A stretch of 64,000 nt of DNA from Microthyrium microscopicum (lineage: Eukaryota). Of the stretch, positions 10,342 through 21,910 are shown one piece after another (the stretch's first letter is position 1; each line of letters begins with the position of its first letter). The translations under genes and the position numbers were made by a program. The DNA lies in the NCBI GenBank assembly GCA_010405405.1, contig MU004234.1, positions 540,993-604,992 on the forward strand, in the 5' to 3' direction. A model generated the notes under the pieces. That model saw nothing but the letters and a program-made list of their open reading frames with translations. It searched no databases and was not told where the DNA came from.

Positions 10342-12442
10342 TCAATACGCCCGCTCTGCGAACCGTACGCAGAGGACTCCTCGTTGTCGCGCCTGAATTA
10401 CTACCAGTGCATGTACTGTGAGTAGTAGTAGGGTGCTCCCGCTCACTACACGCGGTCTTGAACGTCCACTCTCAACTACGAAATCTAGTGCTGCCAGGGA
10501 CAGTAATGGTATGGCGAGTAATGGACGCGAGCTGAGTGGCGCACAGGGCATGGTGAGGGACAGGTATTTTCCTAGGAACAATATGATTTTGATCACGGCA
10601 GTGAGGGCAGGCTGCCATACTTCGAGAGTTGATGGGCGTGGTGGAGGTGGTGGGAGCGCGAGTTGAGGTGATGATGGACGTGAGTGTGAATGGTGAGTGG
10701 GACTAAGTGCTGGAGGTGGATGTTTGCGGCGGATGATGGCTGATGTTGTGGTGGGCGAGACAGGCCGTTCAGTTTCGTCATGGGCCGGACTATGATGCCT
10801 GTGTTGCTGAGGTGCGAGGGCTTTGTTGGGTAAGAGGCCAGGATGAGTCTTGGAGCCAGACAGCTTACGACCAAACTGCGTGCGCGGATGGGGAGAGGGT
10901 GAGGCGGCGGAGATGCGGGAGCTGCTGCGCGCATCTTCCTGGGTTGCGCGCGAGGAGAAGACTTCGTCCATGTCCTCGAGGTCTTGCGCAGCGTGGATAC
11001 CACGTAGAATTTCGTCTGTGGAGGGCCGCTGGTCAGGATCGATGGCGAGAAGGCGTTTCAAGAATTTCCAGAGCTCTTCAGGGAGATCGGTGCGACCGCG
11101 ACGCTCATCGTCGTTGAAGCCACGCCAGGACATGATTTCGGCGCGAAGTTCATCAATGTCTTCATTATCTTCGTTGATTTGATCGGCGCTACTGTAGGGG
11201 AGAGTGCCAAAGCACATGAAGTGCAAGATCATTCCCAATGAGAAGACATCGGATTTAACTGTGAAGTTGCCGAAAGGGCCATTCGGGGTATCGCGACTTA
11301 GGACTTCTGGTGCGCAGTAACTAACTGTTCCAGTGGCTCCTGTACCTGTACGGGCGGAATCTGTGCCTTGGACTTCGCCGAAATCACTAAGTAACGCGCG
11401 CATTTTGCCGCCAGTCATGTGGAGTAAGACGTTATTCGGTTTGATATCACGGTGTATGAAGCCATGTGTGTGAAGGTAGTGAAGACCAGAGGTAATGTCC
11501 TTGAAGAAAGTATAGATCTCTTCAAAATGCATTCTTCGAAGACCACTGCTAGAATCTGGTCGATCCATCTGACCTTTTGATCTTCTTCTTAGGCGCTCCT
11601 TTAATTCCCATGTTGACGGAGTTGTCGTTGAAGGCCCCAGTACAAAATTGTGTAAGTCTCCCGAGTCGCAGTATTGTTGTAAGATGAACGCGCACGGTAC
11701 ATTGCTTGGACCAAAATTGTTGATCTTGAAATCTTCCAACCAGACATGACGATATGAGACCAAATTTGGATGGCTTAGGTTTTGCAGTGTTTGTACTTCG
11801 ATGAGCACTTTCTCCAACCATGCATGATCGTCTCCAACAGGGACGCGCTTGCATGCGAATTGGCCCAATGATACACCATCAATCATATGTGTAACCAATA
11901 GCACGACACCTTTACCACCTCTACCAAGCTCCCTCTCTTCTTTAAAGAAAGTTTTGAAGTAGTTGGAACTAAATGCTTGCTTCGATATCCCATGTCCATT
12001 TGTAGCTCGAGGTTCGCTTGCCACGAACTCTGCGCCGCTTGGAGGCACGATTGGTGGTTCTGGCGATCTACGGTGTTCTGGCGAGTCCAGCCTTCGGCGT
12101 GGAGAAGACGGCCTGGATGAGCGACCACCAGCATCTGGCAAAGCCTGCCGTAGCATATTAAAGTATGATGGATCCATATAACTTGTGGACGAAGGTATGT
12201 CGGATGAGACATGTTCAGCATGCTGGGCTGGATCGTCGAGGAAAGGGCGGTGACAGGCTGGACATCGTTCGAGCTTCGGGGTTGTAGATCGAAGGGATAG
12301 CTGACGAGAGCGAGGATCGTAGACTACGACGGTGGACTCATGGCGTCTAGATGAATTTAGCATATTTTATGATAATGGAGAGCTTGACGTCGTACAGAAC
12401 AATTTCGCGAGAGTGGTCTGGAGCGTATGGAATGAGGGACAT
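10342..12442 (-). CDS. IKS1: IKS1-type Ser/Thr protein kinase (exons 12442-12396, 12346-10342)
   Basis: GRGGKG, FACKRVPVGDDHAWL, HRDIKPNN, DFG and APE motifs; C-terminal hydrophobic segments. N-terminus MSLIPY...REIVLRH is restored by intron 12395-12347. Confidence 0.88.
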
Positions 12443-13128
12443 TGCCCTGCTTCGTTCTTCTTCTGCCATACTGAAGGGCAGATTATGAGTTGGGCTTCAA
12501 GATCATCGCCACAGAGCTATGCTGAAATTCAAATTGTCGATTGTGTTGTTGAGTTATGGCTGAGTTGAGGGGGAAGATGATGGTGTTTACAAGGTGGAGA
12601 GACAAGGATCATGTGGTCAGGCTGTCAGGGTTATGTACGGATGATTGAGTGACATCAACTCAGTGTTTACCTGAGATCTTGGTCGTCATGTCATTGAATA
12701 ATCTTTATCAGGTAGGACAAATGACATGATCATTTATGATTTAAATGTGTTGTTGTTTTGAAGGACATCGTGCTGGTAACCAATGGGGATAAATTCACCA
12801 CAAGGCTGAAGTTATGCGATATCGAATTGTTGTCGCGGAAGATTGTTACCCTCTCGAAGCTCTCCGTATGCGCCTCCAGATAAATTCCGGAAGTTCGAGT
12901 AATCTTTTCATACCAGATAAATCGAGATTGTTAGAAAAAAATCAAGAGTCAGAGAGCTGAAAACTCAAGAATAGCAACAATGGCGCTAGCAATGACCCCT
13001 GTCCACACAATTCCCCTATTTTTGGAAGAGCTCCAACTTCATCCCCAGTCGCGTGCCTGTTACTTCGAGCTCCAACAACTAACATCTTCCATCTGTCGTT
13101 CTCGGGGACAGGCCAATTCACCGTTATA

Positions 13129-14433
13129 ATGGCGTCTACCGTACGGTTGACGCGAACTGCCTGCTCACTCTTACTGATCGCATCCGTTCTATACTTTTCA
13201 TCCGTATCAGCAGAGAAAGCTCATCCATCATACCCAAGCTTGTCAAGCTTGTCATCGCATGAGATTGAGTCGCAACTCCAAGTATGATCCCCACTAGCAA
13301 AATCGAACATGAAACTAACCGCTTGACTCTAGAGTTGTCCTATAGTTCAAGCGCTGAATGTAGAAAAGCTCGCTGAGAGCTCCGAAAGCTCCACCATCAC
13401 CCAACAACTCTTTGCCTTCTTATTTCCTGGCAGCCCAGCTGTCAACGCACTACTCGCGACTCTCTACATCTCCGGTCCTCCAAACTTCCTCCTTGCATTA
13501 TGTCCTCCTAACATCGATCCTTCGTCTCTCAGTGTGATGGTCGCCTTCGCCGTGGGGGGGTTGATGGGTGACACACTCTTTCATCTACTACCAGAAATAT
13601 TCCTAGGGGAAGACTCGCCCGAGCATGTACGATTCGTCATGGTTGACCCACGTAAGAACCTCCTACTAGGCTTGGCGATAATGGTTGGTTTCATGACCTT
13701 TGTTGCCATGGACAAAGGACTACGAATCGCAACTGGAGGAGAAGGCCACGACCATGCCCATGGACACAGTCACGCGACTGCAGAAGATGAATTGGCCACA
13801 ACCACCGGCGCAGAGATCAAAGACGGCCCAAAGACGCGACAACGAGGCAAGAAGACTGCTGCAAATGGAAAAGCCGTGGTCGAAGTACCTAAAGAGGACA
13901 AGTCATCGAGCATCAAGCTTGCCGCATATCTGAATCTCATTGCTGATTTCACGCACAACATTACAGATGGTTTGGCCATGTCAGCTTCCTTCTATACTTC
14001 ACCAACTATCGGCGCTACCACAACCATGGCTGTCTTCTTCCATGAGATCCCGCACGAAGTCGGCGATTTTGCTTTACTTATCCAATCTGGTTTCTCGAAA
14101 CGTGCGGCCATGGGCGCTCAATTCATCACAGCCGTCGGCGCATTGCTTGGGACATGCATAGGAATCGCGGTGCAAGAATATGGCGGATCTAGCGCTAGTG
14201 TTAATGCAGCAGGAGGCAATGCCGTGGGAATTCTGGGTACGAGTCTGCAATATGGAGATTTGTTGCTACCGTTCACCGCTGGAACATTCTTGTATGTGGG
14301 CACGGTGGCAGTCATTCCGGAGATGCTCGAGGTTGATAAGAGCGCGAGTAAGTTTGCCCAGCTGAGGACGATGGCAACACAGTTCTTGGCTGTTGCAGCT
14401 GGAGCGGGCATCATGCTTGCGATCTCTTGGTAA
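13129..14433 (+). CDS. YKE4: ZIP-family zinc transporter, YKE4/ZIP7 type (exons 13129-13281, 13333-14433)
   Basis: Signal-peptide-like N-terminus, His-rich loop HDHAHGHSH, ADFTHNITDG and HEIPHEVGDF motifs; phase-0 intron 13282-13332. Confidence 0.9.
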
Positions 14434-14631
14434 GATGTTTGTTTTTATATGATGTTGCGCATAGCTTCTTGACATATATTTCACAACTGGGGTGGCAATA
14501 TGAAATAAAGCGTGTCTATCATTTCCTCCTCCGAAAGAACCATTTCTATCAAAACGTACTGAAAGGATCGATCAGAGACATCTAGTCCGAACGTCAATGG
14601 GCAAATAGCATTTGCCCGGTCCAGGATCTAA

Positions 14632-15660
14632 TCAATTAAGTCTCTCCAGTGTTTCCGATCCCAACAACAACCCCTGGAAGCAATCTTTCATCATCTCCAA
14701 TGCATCCCACCGACGATCGCTTCTACTCGGACCCACAAGTGACGTACCAAACACGCAGGTGGTGTGGCCATCATAGTTCGGATCCAGATCATAGCTTGTC
14801 GCAAACGCGCCGCATTTCTTGCACTCATAATAGTGCTTCAGTCGATATGGGCGCTCTCCAATCAAAGTAATTCCCCAGTCCCGAACTGGCCCTGTCCAAT
14901 CCGCCAGGATCTCGCGATCATAGTATGAGCCATGTGTATGGTCACGCATCAGCCATTTTAGTGTCGCGTGTGAGCAGAGTTCAATATTGAGCCCCTGTTC
15001 TTCTGCCGCATTGACGGTTAGACCAGCTCGTAGGATGGGTAGTCGGTATTCTCGTTGGATCACAGGGCCTATAGTCGCATTGGAGGGGCTTTTGAGACGG
15101 TAGGTGACGTTTCCGGCTTCTCTACCGCCTGGGAATTGGAAGAGCAGTGTGGTTTTGCACCGGAAGAGAGTAGGACATATTCGTCCTTCAAGGAACGATT
15201 TGATCTGAGCGGACGAGATGTGATAAAAATTATCAAAAGTGTAACCATCGTTACCGTTAGTTGGTTGTTCCAACGCAGCATGGAGAATCTTATGTTCGCT
15301 GCAAACAGCTTTCTCTGGGATGTCCTGTTGTAGAAGCTCCAAGAATTCTAGCTTGCTCTTGCCAGCGGTGTGCGAGGTAAGCTTGGGCCAATATAGATCA
15401 GAAAGCTTGTGCTTTAGTTCTTTGTTGACGAGTGCGAGCGCACACTTGGATGCGAGAGGGAGGTGGTCGCATACCATGAGTAGCAGCTCGTTTGGTATAT
15501 TAAGAAACTCGCGGCTAGGACTTGCGTTTGGCAGACTGACAAATTGGCGGATGGTATCCTTGCTGAGTTCATAGTCTTGCGTGGCATAGCGAGATAGGAT
15601 GGTTGAGGCAGGCCGATGGACACGACATTGATGCGCACGCTCTCCGCAGCAGGAAGTCAT
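14632..15660 (-). CDS. F-box domain protein, Cys/His-rich family, paralogue 2 (intronless)
   Basis: MTSCCGERAHQCRVHRP N-terminus; FLNIPNELLLMVCDHLPLASKCALAL F-box; FDNFY, ELCSH and YECKKCGAF motifs. Confidence 0.85.
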   Translation of the reverse strand: MTSCCGERAHQCRVHRPASTILSRYATQDYELSKDTIRQFVSLPNASPSREFLNIPNELLLMVCDHLPLASKCALALVNKELKHKLSDLYWPKLTSHTAGKSKLEFLELLQQDIPEKAVCSEHKILHAALEQPTNGNDGYTFDNFYHISSAQIKSFLEGRICPTLFRCKTTLLFQFPGGREAGNVTYRLKSPSNATIGPVIQREYRLPILRAGLTVNAAEEQGLNIELCSHATLKWLMRDHTHGSYYDREILADWTGPVRDWGITLIGERPYRLKHYYECKKCGAFATSYDLDPNYDGHTTCVFGTSLVGPSRSDRRWDALEMMKDCFQGLLLGSETLERLN

Positions 15661-15837
15661 AGCGAATTATTTGCGTGGTGGAGTGTTGAGTAAGTTGTGC
15701 GGGCGTCAGGGATTGCTTTGTCAGTCTTGCAATGTAAATGTTCCCGTAGTCAATTGCAAGGTAATGAAAGCCTCTCCGAGTATTGACAATGAACGAATAA
15801 GGAAAAGAAGGACTTTGCAGATGATTGGAAATAAAAA

Positions 15838-15877
15838 GTGGTGGTGGTGGTGATGGTGGTGGTGGTGGTGGTGATGG
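15838..15877. repeat. (GGT)n microsatellite, imperfect
   Basis: gtggtggtggtggtgatggtggtggtggtggtggtgatgg. Confidence 0.9.
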
Positions 15878-16560
15878 ATTCGGGAGGCTCAGAGGTTTGT
15901 TGTTGTATACTAGTAAGCTGAACAAATGTAGCAGTAGGCGAGTTGAAATCATAGGTAGAACAAAGCGAAAGCTGTAAAAATCATCGAGGTGCGCTCAAAG
16001 TCACAAGCAGGTGATCCATGAAAAGCAAAACAAGTCCAAAGACTCCGATCACCTCAATGTCACCGCCAGCGGCTAACAGCTCATCCACCTAAATACTTGG
16101 GTAGCTGAGGGAAATGATAGTGCCTTGGCCACTTGTTAGTTGTTAAAGATATAGCCGATATGAGGTCGAAAGTATCTCGAGCATATGGCGACTAGTATCG
16201 CCATAAGAAAACATGATAACCGACATCGAGCTTCTTCAAGGTTATATATCAGAATGCGAATTTTCTCGAAGACGGTTTAACTAATATGTATAGCCCTTAA
16301 AGTTAAATGCCATCAGTAGACGTAGCCACGTATTCTACATAAGTCAGGTATTGATACAGAAGTAATTCAAGAAATTTTGATATGAACGACGTTTCATTCC
16401 GCTTTATGTTCTAGGTTGTTAACTAGCAAACATGACCATGAGAATCATAGAACAAACAATTGTAGCAAATGCATTTGACTTTGCCTCCAGAATCCCAAGC
16501 CCACATACATGACCCACAAGTGCTGCTCTGCTTCCCCTATACTTCATGACAGGAACCCAA

Positions 16561-17511
16561 TCAGCCTCGTAGTGCAGGCCATCTCGGATCAAGAGTAAAC
16601 TTCTCTGGTTCGAAATATTGCAGCGGCGAAGCAAACGCGCAGCGGGCCTGATGACCATACGCCGCGGGATCCGTAACCATGCCAAATGCCAAACATTTCC
16701 TACACTCAAACCTGACATTTCGTCGATCCTCATATTGGTTCAGTCTCTCTCCTCCACACGATTGCACGGGTCCGTTCCAAAGGTGTCGGAGGTGAAAGGT
16801 ATAGCCTGAAGGTCGCACTACTTCCTTAAGTGTGATGTGCGAGCAGAGCTGGATGTTTAATCCAAGATCCAGATCGTCTGTGGTAGAGAGAAATGAGCGG
16901 TGAGATGATATTGGCACTCGATAGTCCCGCTGGATATATGGACCAATGCTACTTGAAACTGTGCCTCGAAGACGATAGGAAACTCTGACCGTTTGCTTGA
17001 GCTTTCCTAGGTATGGGTAAAGTATGGTTCTACAGCTAAAGACCTGTTCGCAAAGCCCGCCTCGATTGATGGCCTCAATTTGAGCTAGCGAGATGCGATA
17101 GAAGCCGTCGAATGTATAGCCTCCCTGGCCGCTGTCGGGCTCGCCGGATGTAGCGTGTAAGATCCTATGAATGCTACAGAATCGTGCGTCAGGAAGGTCT
17201 CGTTGCAAGAGCTTCAGGAAGTCCGATTTGTCAGGCCAGTCGGGATTTAGACGAGACCAAAACTCCCCAGAGAGTCTAAATGTCAAGTCATTACAGCTTA
17301 GTGTTAAAACGCAACCAGAGGAAACAGGCAGATAACTGCAAGCCCTGAGCAAAAGTTCGGTGGGCAGTGAAAGAAGACTAGATGTCGGATTATCGTTCAA
17401 TACATAGTTTTGTGTAGATTGGTAAGATTGGTGAGGATGGTAAGTCTGTCGTTGCGCCAGTAGTTGATGATTAGAGCATCGATGTGATTGCATTCCGCAA
17501 CAGGCAGGCAT
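16561..17511 (-). CDS. F-box domain protein, Cys/His-rich family, paralogue 3 (intronless)
   Basis: MPACCGMQSHRCSNH N-terminus; LLSLPTELLLRACSYLP F-box; FDGFY, QLCSH and FECRKCLAF motifs. Confidence 0.85.
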   Translation of the reverse strand: MPACCGMQSHRCSNHQLLAQRQTYHPHQSYQSTQNYVLNDNPTSSLLSLPTELLLRACSYLPVSSGCVLTLSCNDLTFRLSGEFWSRLNPDWPDKSDFLKLLQRDLPDARFCSIHRILHATSGEPDSGQGGYTFDGFYRISLAQIEAINRGGLCEQVFSCRTILYPYLGKLKQTVRVSYRLRGTVSSSIGPYIQRDYRVPISSHRSFLSTTDDLDLGLNIQLCSHITLKEVVRPSGYTFHLRHLWNGPVQSCGGERLNQYEDRRNVRFECRKCLAFGMVTDPAAYGHQARCAFASPLQYFEPEKFTLDPRWPALRG

Positions 17512-18242
17512 CCTGAACTCTCAATGTTGTTGACCAAATAGTTCGAATGAGAGAGTAGGCTCCTGACCGCGTAATCTAGATAGCGAGGTCTGAGGACGAA
17601 GTATCCTTTTCTGATGCTTAAGACTTGAAATCCAAAAGCAATTGTTAGGCCTGAGATTGTTGTTTGCTTTAGTCGTGTTTGCCTCATGAGTAGATTGTTA
17701 TTTTGTTATGTACATCGAAAATGTAAAGGATCGCGAGATATTCAAGAGAGCGATGGATAGGGAAATAGGATAATTGTAAAAACGTCAACGTGTGACCTAA
17801 GTTTCAATCCAATCTATTGAACAGAGGTAAATAGAAGCCATTCCACATCTCAATTCGAATATGACTGGCGTCAAGCTACGCTGATCTAAGCGCTGCATTG
17901 GTAGAGTATCTGTCAATCGGGAGTGGTACTAGCAAACATCAATGTTTGGGCTATCAAGACAACCAAATTTACCTGATATTGAGTCTCAACCCCTTTAGTT
18001 CTTAAACCCCAGATCTTGCTGGGGTTTCTATGAGTACTGTAGCTATATATCCACGCAGTAGTTCCCCTGGACGGGAAAGCAGTAGTTCCTATATAATTTC
18101 CTTCTCCATTGACGTTTCTAGCTCCAATAGACGATGCTTCAGTACTGGGTGTTCAACGTGCCGAAGAGTACATCTTAGATTCGTATCCTTGCCAAATACC
18201 ATCGAAAGCGGAGCCTCAACGAGTCAACTCATATAGGGTTTT

Positions 18243-19350
18243 CTAGAGATATGACAACGGAGTGGTAATTTCACAGCTAGTATGAGTGTCTCCCACTTCT
18301 TCCATATCTCTAACCACGGCAGACACCCCAACGCACGTCGAACAATGATACATATGCTCCAACCGCAGTGGAAACCGTGCCAACAGTCCAGCCACATGCG
18401 TAGTCGACCCAGTCCAGCGCGCAAGAGTTCGGCAGGCTCTCCGAGGAGGTCGAGAAAATCTTTGCAGAAGACACTTCAGGGTGTTATGTTGGCAAAGCTG
18501 GATACCAACCGGGTCGTTGAAGCCATCGCTCGGTGCGGGTGCGACAAACATATCCTGAACTTGGCGAGCTGGAAGAACGGGTAGCCAATACTTGCGACGA
18601 AGGAATTGGAGATCGTTGATTTGCACGATTTCATAGCTGACGGTTCCCGAAAACTGAGCATTCTTGGTTTGCAAGGACAGATCAGTGCCGCAGCGAAAGT
18701 ATTTGTGGCAGAGCTTGTTCGCTCTCGCATCGGCGACAAGGGCGGCTGAGCATTGAAAGAAGTTGTCGAATGTGATGCCTCGAAAAGGCTGAAGATCCTG
18801 AGGCGCGTTGTGAAGAATGTGATGACCAGTAGGCCCGCTGCAGACGAAGGTTTCTGGAAGTTCTTTTTGGAGTAGCTTTAGGAAGTCATCCTGGAATGCG
18901 TTAGTAAAAGAGTAAGATAGCGAGCGGCTGATTTAGAGGCAAAATGCCTCATAAGGGAGCGATCTCACCTTTTCCGGCGGTGCAATCTTCAAACTCTGCC
19001 AAAACTCAGGCGCCAATTCATAAGCGAGTTGCTTGCAAGTGAACGCAAGTGCACAACTCGAAGCGAGCGGAAGGTTCTCGCAGATGAGGAGGCGAATCTC
19101 TGTCGGCAGATTGAGCAAATGATGCTTAGGCGATTCGCTGAACTTGTAGTTGTTCTCCGAATTCGGCAGATTTGGTGCCTGTACGGATCGATGAACATTG
19201 CATAGCTGTTGATCGACACAGCAAGATGTCTTGGTTAAGGCCTGTTAATGACCAGTATCAGTTACGGAAAGCCTGACCAAAACGCGTTTTCGTTAGAAGA
19301 GCTCTTACCTGTTGCTTAAGCTCAAGCTCCGTCATCTTGAAATCGGTCAT
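18243..19350 (-). CDS. F-box domain protein, Cys/His-rich family, paralogue 4 (exons 19350-19309, 19241-18969, 18890-18243)
   Basis: TSCCVDQQLCNVHR, LLNLPTEIRLLICENLPLASSCALAFTCK, FDNFF, QLCQH and YHCSTC motifs. Two phase-0 GT-AG introns keep the frame; the first exon is the least certain. Confidence 0.78.
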
Positions 19351-19391
19351 GGGAGATTGGGGATGAACTGTGATGATAGCAAGTTTGGAAA

Positions 19392-19501
19392 TGTAACGGT
19401 TTGGTGTTGTGGTGGTTCGAATTTGTAGTTGTTTGAAGGTGTAGTGGTTTGATTTTTTGGATAGTGTAGCGGTTGGAATGTTAGATGGTGTAGCGGTTCG
19501 A
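19392..19501. repeat. Six degenerate copies of a 13-bp motif TGTAGYGGTTYGA just upstream of F-box paralogue 4
   Basis: Copies start at 19392, 19408, 19424, 19440 (16-bp period), 19465 and 19489. Confidence 0.65.
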
Positions 19502-20007
19502 CGTTGTTGGGGGAGAAATAATGAGGATCAAAAGCTTAGGAGATGCGCACTTGACGCCCCAAGTTATCGAAAGTTAAAAGCTGGAAGGCAGGCTACCTAC
19601 CAGATGAAGTGAATGTGCCTGTACTAGAAAGGACGGAAGGCATGAAGCTTCAAGGTCGCTGAGCACCTCAATCATGGCGCGATTCGTGAATAAGGAGGTG
19701 CCTATCTTCACTGAGCACCTGGAACCACTGCTGATTTGTAGAAGAACCTTTACATATCAATGCTCTAGCTGTATTTTAGCTTCTAGCGGCTGGTACATAT
19801 TGGAGTTCAGATAGACTATGCATATTAGCAATGGGATGGTATTTGCATGAGCGATGTCTTAAGAGCTAACCAACAGCCGCGCCATGATGGAATATGACAC
19901 CATCGAAAGACACTTCCAATCATCCTTAAAAGGATAGACATCAAGAGAGGGTACCCAAATCCAGCCGCCAAAGCTGCCCTCTACCAACCAATTCGCCGAG
20001 CAACATC

Positions 20008-21330
20008 CTACTGACCCGGCCACTGCAACAACACATACCGTCTCTCCACATTCATCTCCGTATTCTTATCATCCTCATCCTCAAACCGCAACCTAACATG
20101 CCCACTCGGCACCTCCTTCCCCTTGACCGTCACCACCTCCGCTCGATAGAATGTCGTCGTTCCCGGATACATTGCCAACACCGTCCGTCGAGGCGCCGGA
20201 TCAGTTAAGCCCTCGTTGCGTTCTGGTATGGCGGACATTTGAGATACGCTGGCGCGATATGGCGATGCGCCCTCATCGGGCTCGACGTCGAGGATTTCGT
20301 ATTTGCGCTTTGTGCCTTCGCCGATGACGTTGGTGATTGTGCAGAGGATGCCTTCGCCTTGGTCGTCTTTGTCTTGGGAGCGGGAGCCGAGTTTTTTGGT
20401 GCGGTAGAATACTTCAGTGCCCATTACGAAGCGTAGCTTCTCCGCTGATGGTCCACCTTAGCAATTTTGACACATACAGTAATCGTAGATAACTTACCTT
20501 TCGGCATCTCAGCACCACTATCAATCCCATCCTCAATCTTCACACTTGGCTCCCGTACTACTGGGACTGAGCCCGCTCTACTCGCACTCTTGAATCTGGT
20601 GCCGCCAGGTCCACCAGGTCCCAGTGTCTTTGGACTACTCACGACAGGTGATGGACCGACGCTGACATCCCTATCTTCCGCACTACTTCCATTTTCGCGT
20701 TCTGCTGCAGCCGCCGCTATGGCCGCCGCTTTGGTGCGATGCTTACTTCTCACACCACTCTTACCGAAAGCAGACGCACGCGGAGGTGGCACGAGAAGCG
20801 TATCCTTTTCGGACGATGAGCGGAGTGCTTTGAGAAGGTCGAGAGAGGTTAGGATGGAGTCGTCGTTGTCAGACTGGCCATGGATAGCGGTGTAGATGTC
20901 TTCACATAATGTGATGTTTTCGCGGGATAGTTTTGCGAGTTCATCTTCTAGGGTTTTGGATGTGTCGTCGCCATTTGCTGTGGGTGGTTAGCTGGATCTG
21001 GACATGAATGAATGGTAGAGCGTACCGTGTTGTGATTCTAGTATCGTTTTGATTTCGAGCATTCGTGTCCATTTGGCATTATGTTCAGCCTGATTGCGTG
21101 TTAGTATAATGTTATGATTATGATATATCACGTGCGAAATTCAAGATCTTGTTGATATCTTTATATGTGGTGATTCTGGGGGACTAGAAAAGTGCAGAGA
21201 GCCTTGTGTTCATACATACCACTAGTTGATCTGCTCTCTTCGCATCAGATCTCAGTTGATTCCACATGTGTCTCTCTTCATCGGCATCAGTCTTGACGGG
21301 ACCTTGTCGGCCACGGTTCCGGCTCGCCAT
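20008..21330 (-). CDS. SGF29: SAGA complex subunit Sgf29 (tandem Tudor-like), multi-exon
   Basis: C-terminal VLAMYPGTTTFYRAEV...LRFEDEDD...VERRYVL motif. ATG at 21330 (MASRNRGRQG...) followed by several short GT-AG introns. Confidence 0.88.
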
Positions 21331-21910
21331 GACGAGGCCAGACGCTGGCAGCACAAACTCTGGTGTTCCGTTCTGATCAGAGTAGAGGGGATATCACTGT
21401 AGGATCACAGGGATCAGAATTGTGGTTTTTAGCTTTTATATCCAAAAGCCAGAAAGTGGGGAAACATAGAAGGGAGAGAGGGATAGGAAGAGTAAAGGCT
21501 AGATGATGTCCAAAGTCAATGTACATGATTGGCTGAGAGAAAGGGCAAGGCAAAGGTACCGTAGCCGCGCGTTTAAAACGGGTGGTTCTTGCTGGTGGGG
21601 GAGCTTGATTTTAAAGCCCCGCCAGAAAGCGTCATTGGTATGAGAATATGAGGCAGTACTCGCTAGGAGCTGTTCATTGAATGCTGTAATCATACACACA
21701 ACACGAACTGAACCATTGTTGGAGTTGTGAAACTAATCCTCGGCGTCCCTATCGTGACACAGCGTTGACGGCCAAAAACAGCCTTGCGAACCTTTTCCTC
21801 CCCACGTGTCCAAGCTCCATTTTTGCCAGTCGTTTAAAATACTCACACCGACTTTCCTTCTTCAAAACTTGAATCGATTTACTCAAAGGTTGCTCGAATC
21901 CAAATTCGCC

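Noticed and set aside
19408..19501. GGTTCGA copies as tRNA/Pol III B-boxes, or a CRISPR-like array
   Set aside because: No A-box, no cloverleaf and no GGTTCGANNCC completion; spacers are only 3-12 bp, and the context is eukaryotic with no cas genes.
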